The notes under the pieces were generated by a model. That model was not told the DNA's origin, ran no database searches, and worked only from the letters and a program-made list of their open reading frames with translations. From NCBI RefSeq assembly GCF_000181795.1, contig NW_003526944.1, positions 3,516,706 through 3,580,705 of the forward strand: a DNA stretch of 64,000 bases. Direction: 5' to 3'. A program made the translations under genes and the position numbers. The DNA comes from Trichinella spiralis. Taxonomy: Eukaryota. This document shows, piece by piece, positions 1 through 12,516 of the stretch (the stretch's first letter is position 1; every line of letters starts with the position of its first letter).

Positions 1-571
1 TGGCTAAACGCGTGGCAACGATGCTAGTCCAAAGAGATTACGAAAATGTTTACCTGCTTTCCGGTGGTGAGAAGTTGAATAGCTTAATTTGCAGAAAAAA
101 AATATTATTTTTTTTCATTTAAATATTTTCATATCAGGACTTTGTCAAGCGTTGAAGCTGTATCCGAATGGTCTGATTGCCGGATGCGTGCCCAATCAGC
201 TTGGTAAGAAAGCACAACATCTCGCGTCCACGTTGCATGCAAACTTCTTGCACGAGCAGTGCACAGAAATGTTTCGGTAAATTTCCATCCGTTCTTCCCA
301 TATCTATCGATTTTTCGTATTTATCAACCGTTTGCACTTTTTTTGCAGCAATTGCAAGCTTCGAGATTATTTCATCACTGTGGAATTTTCTTCTGATGAT
401 CTGCAACAACTATCCAATCAGATGATGGAAAATCAAAAAGCTAAAGAAAAGAAAATCAGTATTTGCAAACTTGTTGTTGATCCACCAATTTTATATCCAG
501 CAATTCTTTCTTATTCAGGTACTTATAAATATTGCAACAAATGTAAGCAGAACACTGGGGAAAATCAATGA
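1..571 (+). CDS. CEP41: CEP41/TSGA14-like rhodanese-domain protein, 3' exons (5' truncated by window edge)
   Basis: Spliced reading AKRVATMLVQRDYENVYLLSG|GLCQALKLYPNGLIAG resembles the end of the CEP41 rhodanese domain (GFENLFMLSGGL..FPEGLITG). A later exon reads EFSSDDLQQL. GT-AG introns at about 67-138 and 277-348. The 3' end is tentative. Confidence 0.7.
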
Positions 572-1846
572 AATTGAAACACAGATAAAAAAGAAACGAA
601 ACGAAAACTTACAGAACCAAACAAATCACTATTGCATAAAGTATATGCTTAAAAGAAATTGCTTTCAATGTTTGTGAAATATGGTGAATTAATTGAAAGT
701 GCAATAAAACTGTTACATCTGATTTGCATACTTCAATTATTTATATGTACGCTTTGTTGAACTGTTGTTATTCTCGAATGGGGCGACAATTTTCTGAGAT
801 TGCAAGCAAGATGTTGTGCGCATTGCTTGTTCCATTTAGCAGGAAATCTAACCATACACACACACAACAAATAACAAGAAGAGCAACAACAACAAAGTAA
901 TAAAAATATGTATCTATCGTATGCTTCATCGCAGATTTAACAACGATGTCAGTTTATGGATTTTTAGAATAAAATTTTCAATCTTTTCAAAATTGAAAAC
1001 TTCTTCCAATAAAGTTGTATGCAGTAATTCAATTTAAATACAAGTCAACTTTTTGCATAAATAAACGCTAGTGGATCGCGTATTGCGAATAATTAATTGT
1101 CTGCAAAATAAATAAAAGCCGCTGCTGCTTACATTTGAAACTTTTTGAAAAGTTTAAAATGCAATTTCTTCATAAATGTCATTCTAAATCAGTATCACTG
1201 GATGCAATTATTGATAGGAAAGAAAAATTGCTGCTAGTCAAATTCAATAAGTGCTTCAATATGAAGACATGGACCAATAAGAGCAAATTAGCATAAACAA
1301 CACCTGAAAGTCTCACAAAATGGTGGTCCTAGGGTGGTCAGAAATCTGCAACTCTGCCAGCATACAACTACTGACAGAACTGATGATGCCAGAGCTATGA
1401 ATAATAGAAAAAAACCAACTGGAAAGATTTCAGAAAACTGCGTCTGAAATGACCACACGCAGAAGCCTTGAAGAGAAAAATCAAACCAGCAACAACAACT
1501 ATATCAACAGAATGGTAGCAGTTGAACAATTGATTAAAATTTATTAATAGCTTACGAGAAAAAAAAGCCTACTTATCGAGAGTCGTTGATGAAAACAACT
1601 GCAGGCTATTAGAGCATTAGCTTTCAGCTCTAGTGCTCAACTTGCAATATTTGGATAAAGGTGGGTGTGGTTGATAGCAATTTTTTCATACAAAATCTAC
1701 CAACAGGAAATTTTCATAAAACGTTATGTTGTGAATCAAACGAAAAAGTGTAAATAAAAATTATTTTTATTTGTAAAATTATATAAAATGAACAAAAAGA
1801 AACGGTTAAAAATTGTAAATGATAATTTTTATATACGGTGAAAGTA

Positions 1847-4800
1847 TTAGAGATGGGAATCGAATTCACTTGCGGTGAGGGCAAATTTTTCAAAACTGTC
1901 CTTCTTGATTGTGAACTGCTCAATGGCGGATGAGTCGGCCAAAATTTTGGCACCAATAAACGAAGCGTGATAACGGAATGGAGCCGCGTGCACTTCGACT
2001 TTCACACTTTTTGGGACCAGTCGACCCAACTCCAGCTCAATACGCTCTTGAAGACCAGGCAACAATGAGGTTCCACCCACCAAAAATATATTCCTTAATA
2101 AATAAAGAAAAATGAACAATATAGAAACACTGAAGAAAAATGGAAAACTGATGTAAAATAATTCTACACCAGTCGAATCATTTTATGGTAAAAGAAAAAA
2201 ATGCAAATTTTATTTTAAAATTTCACCAGAGCTGCACCACTTACTCGTACAAAGATCTGCGATTGTCGATGGCACAAGATTGAATGCTTTGGAAGATCAA
2301 CTTCGGCAACCCCTTGACATCCATACCCCAACGTTTCGGATGGAACAACATTTCAGCACTTTCAAATCGCTCATTACCCATTTGAAGTTTTCTGAAAAAA
2401 TTTGCGTGTGATATTAAAATTAGTTGTGCGAATTCGCTTCAAGCCTACCTGCAAGCCAAAACCCGATCCGGATCGCACTGCTTCAACGAGACCAACGCCC
2501 GCTTGTCGTTGGCTTGCTGTTGGCGATCATCCGTAAGAACGAAGCATTGCTGCAAAATGATAAGCATAATTTCCATCCACTCTCACTCAATCACTGAAAA
2601 GATTTGCGCCACTGCTCTCTTACCGTCTCTTTCAAATATCGCACCAGAAGACCCTCTTGCAACGAGTCGAACGTGAAACTGGGATTATTTTTAATAATTT
2701 CATTTTTCAAAATCGGTGCAATTTCACTGCCAAACAGGGCAACGTGGATCACCGCATTCGACACAATAAGCCTGACCACCAAGTGCAACAAGCAATTGAT
2801 TAGAAACGTGGGGGGAAAAATCGGCAAAATTTTTGCCAATCCCCCCTATTGGTGGGGGGGGGGGGACGGCCCCCCCCTTTTTTTTTTTTCTCCCCCCAAC
2901 CCCCCGGTAAAATATTAAAAACCAATCATAAGTAAACTACCCCTGGCCCCCAACTGAAACCAGCGGCGGCGTCCAAATCCAAAAAAAAAAATCCCGCACC
3001 CTCTTCTATTAAAGCAGCCCCCTGGAAATTCGACTCGGAACTGCCAAACAGAAAACTGAAAATTCAAAAGTTGTCCAAATTGGAATTTTAAATTTTAAAA
3101 AAATAAAAAAATGACCTTCACCTGATATTTCCAACCGCTTTTAAAAGAAAAATTTTTCAATAAATCCCATTTCCAAAAATCCGCTTCAACGCCATCAATG
3201 TGTCTCTGCACTGCGTCTGCAAAAATCGCCTGGGAGCCACACTCCCCAGCGCGATATTTGCAAATATGTCAGATTGGTGTATATATCAATGGCGGGGCCT
3301 CTGGAACACAAAAGACATACCTTTCTCCCCGCAACACACAACTACTCAAAACAAACCAAGAAAAAAANNNNNNNNNNGCATCAAGCAATTGTTTAGAACG
3401 TGGGGAGATAAATAGGCAAATTTTTTGTTATACTCATTTTTCCACGAATGGAGCAATCGTCAATTTTTTTTCCAATATCCACAAAAACGCCCGTAAAAGT
3501 ATTAAAAGCAATCATAGCTAAACTACCCTGTCTCGCAACTGAAACAGCGGCGGCGTCGAAATCGAACAACAAAATCCGCACCATCTCTATTAAAGCAGCC
3601 TCTGGAATTCGACTCGGAACTGCCAACAGAAACTGAAATTCAAAGTTGTCAAATTGGAATTTTAATTTTAAATAAATAAAAAATGACTTCACCTGATATT
3701 CGACCGCTTTTATAGACAATTTTTCAATAATCCATTCGAAAATCCGCTTCACAGCATCAATGTTCACTGCACTGCTTCGAAAATCGCTGGACCAACTCCA
3801 AGCGTATTGCAAATTGCAATTGTTATTCAATGCAGCCTTGACAATAGCATCTTCACCGACCAATTCTAAACAACAGAACAATTTTCCAATTGACATATTA
3901 TTATTATTATTATTTGTTTGTTTGTTTGTTTGCAACCATTGCAAGCAACATGATGCAATGGTGATAATATAAGTGAAAATCAAATCAAATCATAATTTAC
4001 TCTCTTTGCAATTGGAGACAACAGATGGAAAAAATAAATGCGGATACGAATAAGATGCCCTTTCAACCAATCCAGCCCTAGTTGAACACGTACCAATTTC
4101 AATAACGCACACTTTCTACAATGGAAGAAATATTGAAATTATCAAGAGTTGCTTATGAAAATGAATAAGCAAACAAAAAGCAACATTTTCGTCACGACTT
4201 CCAAACTGTGGCGGAGTGGGTTGCAAAAATTCACGACGGCACATATTCGACGGCAGCTGAGCGTGAGCTCGCAACGCTTCGTACCAGCGATCCAGTGCAA
4301 ATTGTCTGCATCTAAAATATGCAAATGAGTAGCTACAATTATGTTTTTTTAAGAAAAAAACCATGCACACAGTTCACACCTCAGAGTCAACAACGTCGCG
4401 TTATTTTCAATAATGATCAAAAGCTTCTCGTCATCTCTCGTTATTAGAGAACCGGCAATTGTAATCTGACCAACCGGGGTGCTGGATATTTCTGCAGTCT
4501 GAAGTGAAAATTGCTTTGTGCAAACAGTGCTGTGAAAAATCGCAACAAAAAAAACAGCAAAACGAACCTTGTACCAGAGTAACAAACCGTGCTCTGTTCG
4601 CATGTAGCGTCGTTGCCAGGCGTGGTCAGGGGCGTGGTCGGGCCGCATACCCAACGGCAAATGGTCCAAATAGCCGACCATGTTCGACTGAGCTTTGTGG
4701 TTCAGTTTCGACTCCAGATCCGGACATCGGATTTGGTAAAGCCGACGCAACAACTGCGTCGGGTCCCATTTGGTTTTCAAACTGAATCGTCTGGCGGAAG

Positions 4801-6949
4801 TGGAGCCGCTGTTGCCCATCGACCAATTGGACAGACTCAAGTTGCACCCAACCTCAGTTTCAATGTCGCTTTGCAAACCAACAACCGACCGAGCAACAGT
4901 GGGGCGGTGGTGGTCAACAGAGGGCGACCGAATCTCGTTGGACTCGACGTTGTCCAATCGTTGATCGATTTGCGTGCATTGGACCGGAGGCGAGGTGCAA
5001 GCCGTGCAGCCAGAAGATACTGCCTGTGTGGGAAGCACATTCTCCAGAACAGATCCATACAAGTCAGTGGGGGAATTCAAATACGATGACGACCCCTCAT
5101 CCGACTGGGTCACGTCCTGAAGCGTTGAATGCAATTTGCTGTTGTCACTCAGAAAGCCGCCCTTTTCGGGGAAAATGCTTTCCGCTCTCGAATCCACTGA
5201 ACTGCTTGCATTTGCAATCCGATTTGCCCAACGTGCATCAGGATTGATTTGACCAGAAATCTCAAATAGAAACAAAGCATTAATCAAGGATGCGTTAATT
5301 TGAAAATTATACACATATATATGTATATATATATATATATATATATGTATATGTTCAGAGCTTAAGAAACATTGCCAATCCATAGCTTCCGAGCAGAAGC
5401 AATTTCACCAAATGCAGGTCATAGGAAACATGTTCTCAAATTCAAAAGGCAACACCCTCATTGTTGGGAAAAAAGAATATTTCATGAACAACAAACAACA
5501 ACTAGAAGAAGAAAATCAACGATAATCATCCGATGAACAACAGAAAATTGGGAACGTTTTGCAAAATAGAAGAAGAAGAACAGTGCATTGAAAATTGTTC
5601 AAACAATCGACAATACAAGCTATAGCAGAATTTAATTGAATTTTAATTTATCAAATAAATAAATAAATAAATAATGCAGTCTGTCCGTGTTCAGTTTATA
5701 ACTTCAAATTCTGAATTTGAAAAGCAAAAATAAAAAGACTGATTCACTTTTATGACAACAATTTGCATTTGTACTAAATAAAATTTTGCTAACAACAACA
5801 ACAACAACAACAACGCAATTCAGTTGAAAAGCATTAAATTTTGGGGATGTTTTCAAAATGAAAAATTTCTGCTGTATAATTTTTGCATAATTGAAATGTC
5901 GAATGAACAACACACTTGATACAAATAACTTATTATTACTACAAATCAAGTAAAATTTGAAATTGAAAATTGAATTTAAATTTCTACTAAAAAACAATTC
6001 ATTTCAATATGAAAAAATTAATTAATTCAATCATACAATGGACAAGTGTAAACTTCACGTGCTAGGTGATAGTAGAAATATTTTTCTTTTTGACATAAAG
6101 CTTACCAAAGCAAAATTATTACATCTCAAGTTCGCTTATCTAACTTTTTAAATAATCTGTTCATTTGAAAAAAGAAAAGCCAACTAATCATTTCTACATT
6201 TCATCAGATGTTTAGAAGTATATAAATAAAAATGAAATCAATTTATGAAATGCTAAATTAACTATAATCTGAATGTTCAATCACAATCGATCGAATATTT
6301 GTTGCTTTGTATGACAATTCAATGGAACAATTATTATTTAATACTGCTTTTCAAAAATTACAAAAGAAAAAAAAACAATTTGACCCTGATAGCAAGGCAG
6401 TGTAGAGATGAATGAATTCAAATGATAAGCAACAATACTGTACATGCCCAGAAATATTACAATATACATTTTTTTTCTTGGTTAACATGGTTAAAAAACT
6501 AGCCCAACATGATAAGCAAGTGGGTTTTCAGATTGTTATATTTTTAAAATACTTGGATTTCTAAAATGTCGACCTTCAAAGATCAAAAAGAAATGCTTCT
6601 GCAGATAAAATAGTGAATTATTCAAAAATAACAACTCACTAGTTCAACTGGCAATGAAAAATATATGAAAATTACCCAAATTATTTCTATATTTATCAAG
6701 TTGTGTCATTTTGATATTCAATCAAATAAATAAGAGATTTAATAAAATTAAAAAAATATACAGTCAGCACTTACCATCAGGTTGCGCAGATGCGCTTCAC
6801 GTAACTCCCGCCAAATTGACTTTTCACTCGAAGTTCCTTTTTGCCAATCTTCACTTTTCATACCATGTTCGAAAAAATCAAAATTTTCAGGAGTACCATA
6901 AGAATTGAAAAAGTATCCATTTTTTTCAGACGACATTTCCGTAAAATCC
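1847..6949 (-). CDS. Multi-exon protein with low-complexity N-terminus, PH-like domain and C-terminal divergent actin-related (Arp) domain
   Basis: PH-like exons: MVGYLDHL..WQRRYMRTEHGLLLWYK..PVGQITIAGS..ALDRWYEALRAH. Actin-fold exons: KVCVIEIGTCSTRAG..FPSVV, TGVFVDIG, GNERFESAEMLFHP, SIQSCAIDNRRSLY, NIFLVGGTSLLPGLQERIELEL..ASFIGAKILA. Exon phases are compatible. The 5' end is uncertain; the exon at 6775-6949 joins in phase 0 to the acceptor at 5260. Confidence 0.8.
2785..3377. other. Assembly artefact: error-rich duplicate of about 3378-3830 ending at a 10-N gap (3368-3377)
   Basis: 2935-3260 is a homopolymer-inflated copy of 3520-3810 (e.g. caactgaaaccagcggcggcgtccaaatcc vs caactgaaacagcggcggcgtcgaaatcg) and abuts the N run. 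Confidence 0.85.
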
Positions 6950-9900
6950 TTAAATAAGAAAATTAAGAAGTTAATAATTTGAACAATTAGCCTCGAAAAA
7001 AAATATATATTATTGCATATTATTGGATGAACCTTATTATTTCATGAAATGATCATTTTAACCGTTTAAAATGAACAATGCATTTTTCAAGCTACTAAAT
7101 AAGAAAAATTCAAAATTTAAAGCAAGAACAAAATATTTAAGGTTGAACATTGACAAATCTGTCTACAGTTTGATTGCTGGCACCAAACAAATCACATACA
7201 TACAAAGAGGAACAACTTATTTCATATCGGGTTGTCACAATCGTAAAACGAAGATAATAAGCTCAACAAAATAAATGTATAAACATCACTGTGGTTAAAA
7301 CTTTACTAGCAAATAAAAGGCAAATATATTATTCAGTAACACTTATCATGCCCACGAATGACTAGCTTAGCAAACAAAGCCAGAGCTCAAGAACAAGAAT
7401 TCAATTTTCTCCCGTCCGCAAAGTAAATCTGCTCGCTTTTCGTGGGTAAATAAAACGTCTGGGGAAAAGCGCCGCGCTCCACGACAGTCACCAGTGCGTG
7501 GATTCACAAAAAAAGCGGATTATTAATCGAATTTAAATCTACTCTACAATACTGAAAGAAGTATTTGATATGCGGAATGCCAACTGCCAACGCTCAGTAC
7601 AATAAAATGCACAACAGATTGACAAAAGCTGAGAAGAAAGAAGAAAAACGAAGATATCAACAACAATACCTGATTAACGGAATACTGTATTTGATGCAAC
7701 AATATCAGTTTTTGATTTCGGAAAACTGACCGACCGGCAGTTTAAAAAATACAAACTGATTGGATTTTTCAAAGAAGAACAAAATTTATTCCAATTTTAC
7801 TTGTTGTTTTAAAGTGGCCTTTAAACTTTGCTCTGAAACATTTCACATTAAAAGTGTCACTTTCACACTGGAAACGTACAAGTTTAAACTGAAACAAACG
7901 TCACTTGTTCAACTATTGAATCGAACTGATATGAAACATAACTATGGAAAATTTATCTTTGCTGAAAATACAAATGTGAATATTTAAATTGGAAAAAAAT
8001 TTAAAAAAAACTACCAACTTTGACAAGTGGAAAATGTTCAAATACACCATTCAAAAAGAGACAATTGAAATGAATGGGAAAGAAGTTTCCCATTCAGATG
8101 ATTGAGCAAAAAAATTTTGCAATAAAAAAAGGTTTTTAGCATCATTTCAAATGTGATTGATTGTTGTTCGTAAAGTGAAATCATGATACACTTATTTGGT
8201 TACTGTAAAAAAATATTTGCATAATAGCAATTGAAAAAAAAGAAGATTAAAAATTTCCGTGTGAACTTTGAATGCGTGGAATTTTGACAAAAGAAGAAGA
8301 AGAAGAAGAAGCAATTAATCACTTGCAAATGAAGAGTAATAGCATTGGAGTTGAAAGCTGCTCAAGTACCTCTCGCCACTACCACCAGCGGCGCATCAAT
8401 GACCCTAATCGGAGTGTAATTGATTTGTGTAAAGTTTGTCATGATGCTCAACAGTGAATACTGGTTGTTGGCAAAGAGTGCACACTTGTCATATTATAGT
8501 GTCCATTAGTCGAAGGTCGAATAGACGGCAAAGCTAATTTGTTCACCTTTGTGTCATTTTCAGTCAAAGAATGGAAAATATGAAAAATTTATAGCAAATT
8601 TTAATATTTCTATGAAAACAATTTGAATTTCGACGATGAAAAATTGACAAGTGACAAATGGAAACTTTACACAACTGTTGTTCGATCATAAAATGATGAC
8701 AAAGAAAAGTGAAGAAGAGAAAAAGTGTTCCCCATAGCCACAATAACAAAAAAACATTGTCTATAGAATAAGAAAAAGAAGAAGCAGAAAAATATTGAAT
8801 GGGGCGTGGACAATAATTGAACGCGTAAATTGAATCGACAACGCTTGCCAAAAATATTCGGCCTCTTCTATTCAAGAGATGACACTGATACACGCCTCTG
8901 CTTCATTTTCCGAACGGTTAACTTTGCAAAAGGGAAAAACTACCGTGACGCCGCCTACAGCTTTTCAACGGCATCATTGATGCTTGTACAAAATGTCGAA
9001 CTAATAAGCAAATCCAAACTGCCAACTATTTCCAACCACGAGACCAAGAAATACATACAATAAAGAAAATTTATCTTGTCATTGTGGAATAATTTTTGAC
9101 AACAACAACACAATACATGAAAATGCAAGTCGAAATTCTTACAGAAAAATAATCAAATCGAACTTGTGAGACAAAAATTAATTAGCGGCTTATTTTCTCG
9201 TCACAAGCAGAGGTGGGAGAAATTTTTTTCCCATATCCCAACGTGGTTGTAAAATTTCCTGAGCTGAAAGTGTTGAAAAATCTCCATGTCGATTCCAGCC
9301 CCCTCAACACGAACGGATTATACAGTTGAAATATAATTTGTACATGAACATCTCTATTTTTTAATTATCAATATTAACAACTGGTAGTAATTTTTGGCTC
9401 TGATCAAAGAGAGAAAAAATGCACAACTGTCGTCATTGTCACAAAATTGTCTTCGAAAATGGATTCACACAAGCCAGTTTGAAATCTAACTAATTAGCCA
9501 GCTAATTGAAGCCACAAAAATTTAATTTTTTTTCTTTATTGATTAAAAATAATAATAATAACAGAAAATAAAGGACATTACCTTTTCAATTGAGAAATTT
9601 AAGCTTACAAATCGACAGTCTGTAAATAAATGTTGGCGGTCGAATGTCCAGTCGACAGAAGAACGTACAAATCGACGACCTGCATGCACGTTTCCACTGT
9701 TGATCCTGAACGTAAATTGGCTTTTGCTGTACTGTAGCTCTCCACCTTTACGACCGTAGCTCCAGCACAGTCGGCTGCAGCCAGTGCAAACACTTTAAAA
9801 GCGAACTGTGGTGGCGCCTCGAGCGCTAAACAAACCACGTCTCAAAGTACCTCAAGCAGCCAAACGAATCGAATGATTACTTTTATTGATCAACAGTGAC

Positions 9901-11263
9901 AAAAATAAATTCATGCAAATTTCATTTTCTTTTTCCATCTTCCTCTGCAAAATTACAATGTTGTAACATTTGTACAAATGTGCAAAAAAAACGATATTAT
10001 TGTACTAAAGATGGCAAATAACGACTCTTTTGAAACAACTTACAACAGAACTGATTAAAAAATAACATTAGAAAAAAAAATATATATTTAAATTGTTCAA
10101 TTATAACTTTACTTGCTCAAAAAGCTTGACAATTGAATACCAAATCACCTCCAAAATGGTTATTCGTTGAACCTGTTTCGCTGTTAAATGACACATACAC
10201 ACATACACATTCACTATTTCCAATCATGTGCTGTACTGTCAACTTCAAATTTAATTAAAAAATTATGCTATAACCATTTAACTTCTGAATATTTACACAC
10301 TAAATTAAACCTGTTTTTATAAATTGAAAAACATGAATTGAAAATTTACAAATTTATTCCATTTTTTTGGCAAATTCATTTCAAAAAATTTGCAACACAT
10401 TTCATCGTACACATTAAAAATATTCCATTTTCTTCATCATGGTAAATTTTTTTCAATTATTAATCTGAAATTGTACAATTTATCCAACTAGAGCAGGTTG
10501 TATAAATAATAAATTCTTTCGAAATATTTTCGCATTAACATTTGAACCTGACAATCTGTAACATGGTACAGCATTTCAAGTACTACATTTATTTTACAAT
10601 TTAATTAATGGTGATAAAGCTGACTTTAATTGAAATTTCAATTATATACTTAATTTTTCATGGAATCAAAAACTAAAACTTACATCTACTACCAAATTTC
10701 ACATTCAAAACGTAATGGATGCAATTTCATTTGCAACGCGCTGCGATGCTAATTCGTTTCAGGGACGACGTTAGGTTAATAATTAAAATTGAATTTCTAC
10801 TAAACTACTCTATATTATACAATAATTGAACTAAGAACAAAATTTACTGCACCAATGAAATAACGCAAACCCTTCGGGAAATATCTACTTAGTGTGTAGT
10901 AAATTAGATTACCTCAATTTAAGGATAAGCAAATAAAAGTAACAGTTCAAGCAGAATATATCTAATTCAAAAATTCTGCCCTTCAATGTTCATCTATCCT
11001 GTTTCTGCATCGAATACCTTTCATCAGAAAAGCTATTAGCTATTGAACAGTATATAACCCAAACTAACAGAAATCACTTTTACATCGCATTTCAACAAAA
11101 TTTTAATTAACAACTATATACTCAAACATTGAAAGAGATCCTTTCTGCTTGAAAAACAAAAATTCAAGCTATTAGAGTAAACAGAACATCTATCACACAT
11201 CAATACATGACATGGAAGCAAAAACAAATGCATCACAAACGTACTACAATTTTCACAAAACAA

Positions 11264-12516
11264 TCAACGCTCTTTCTTCGATTCATCAGTTACACCAATT
11301 TCGGTATTCCTAAAATTATCGCTTTCATCACAACATTTTTCAAATGCTTCACTTTCTTGATTTTTGACTGCGGCAGGATTTTTCGAATTTTGCATTTTCA
11401 AGTAATCAGTTGAAAAAGATTCAAATTGAGCCAGAGCTTTTTCTAAATCTTTTAAAACCAGCATTTCTTCATTGTCTGAACAATATTCATCATTGCAATT
11501 TTCTTCTGAATTCAAAACATGCCTGGTAGCCGTAGCTGTCAGTTTTTCCAAATTTTGCAGAGTATCCTAAAAATAAATTATATAATACTTTTACAATAGC
11601 CTCAAATATGTACTTGAGCCAACACTTGAATATCTTCCTTCAACTCGGTTTTCGTATCACCATTGGCTTCCAAACATTTCAGTATTGTCTGCATTGTGGT
11701 CTCGGTTTCCAACAAACGCTGATGTAAATTTTTCAACTGAGCATCACCTTAAATAAAACACATTTAAATTTACATCAAAAATGCAACTAATAAGTTCGTG
11801 AAAATTTACTTAAATCACGCAATCCAAAAGGAGGAGCACCGTTTCGTTTTCGCCAATTTCTACCACTACGCTCGTTAATGCCGTCAGAAGTTCTTAACAT
11901 CTTAACATTGAAAGCTTTTTCAATGAAGTTTTAAAAATAATATAAGCAAAACAACTTTCGCACTTACTTTACTCAACGTGTAAATCAGAAAGGCAATCAC
12001 TCCAATAGTATAAAATGGTAATAGAGAATACCAAAAACTTTTCTCTCTACCTCGGGCCTGCATGTGGTCGCCCATATGAGGAGGCATCGGTCCAGGCTGT
12101 GCCTAATAAACAAATAATTATAAAACAATTTCATGCAGCTATAAATTAACTGCAATAAGGCATATTCATATAAATGAAGCAAACTGAGAATGAAAAAAAA
12201 ATGAATACTCGAAAATCAGATTTATCACGGCCTCGGTGTATGTGCGGAAATTTCCCGCGCTCATTCGGTGGTGGAATACTATCTAAATATTAATTAAATA
12301 ATTCCAATTTGAATCAATTTGAAAATCAAACACCATAACTGTGAACTTACCTACCTTCGATGGAGGTTTGCTCCAGCCTAGCATATAACAAATAGTGGGA
12401 TGCACTACCTTTGGGTAAACAATCGCAAAACATCCAACAACAACAGCAATTGCAAGCACTGCTTTCTGCGGAGGTGTTAAAGAAAACAAAGTCTTCCTCG
12501 GCTCGTCTGTTCCCAT
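11264..12516 (-). CDS. ric-3: RIC-3, nicotinic acetylcholine receptor chaperone
   Basis: TM1 AVLAIAVVVGCFAIVYPKVVHP, Pro-rich spacer, TM2 FWYSLLPFYTIGVIAFLIYTLSK, then coiled coil (LKNLHQRLLETETTMQTIL) and an acidic tail. This is the RIC-3 architecture. Confidence 0.9.

Noticed and set aside
2604..3521. Plus-strand ORFs 2604-2918 and 3198-3521
   Set aside because: Antisense to actin-fold exons or inside the low-quality duplicate and gap.
4589..5089. 166-aa plus-strand ORF and similar antisense ORFs (43372-43866, 46244-46702, 61513-61836)
   Set aside because: Shadow frames opposite real coding exons with no independent motifs.
5283..5292. TCCTTGAT (minus strand), U12-like branch site before the 5260 acceptor
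   Set aside because: The partner donor at 6774 is GTAAGT, an ordinary U2 type.
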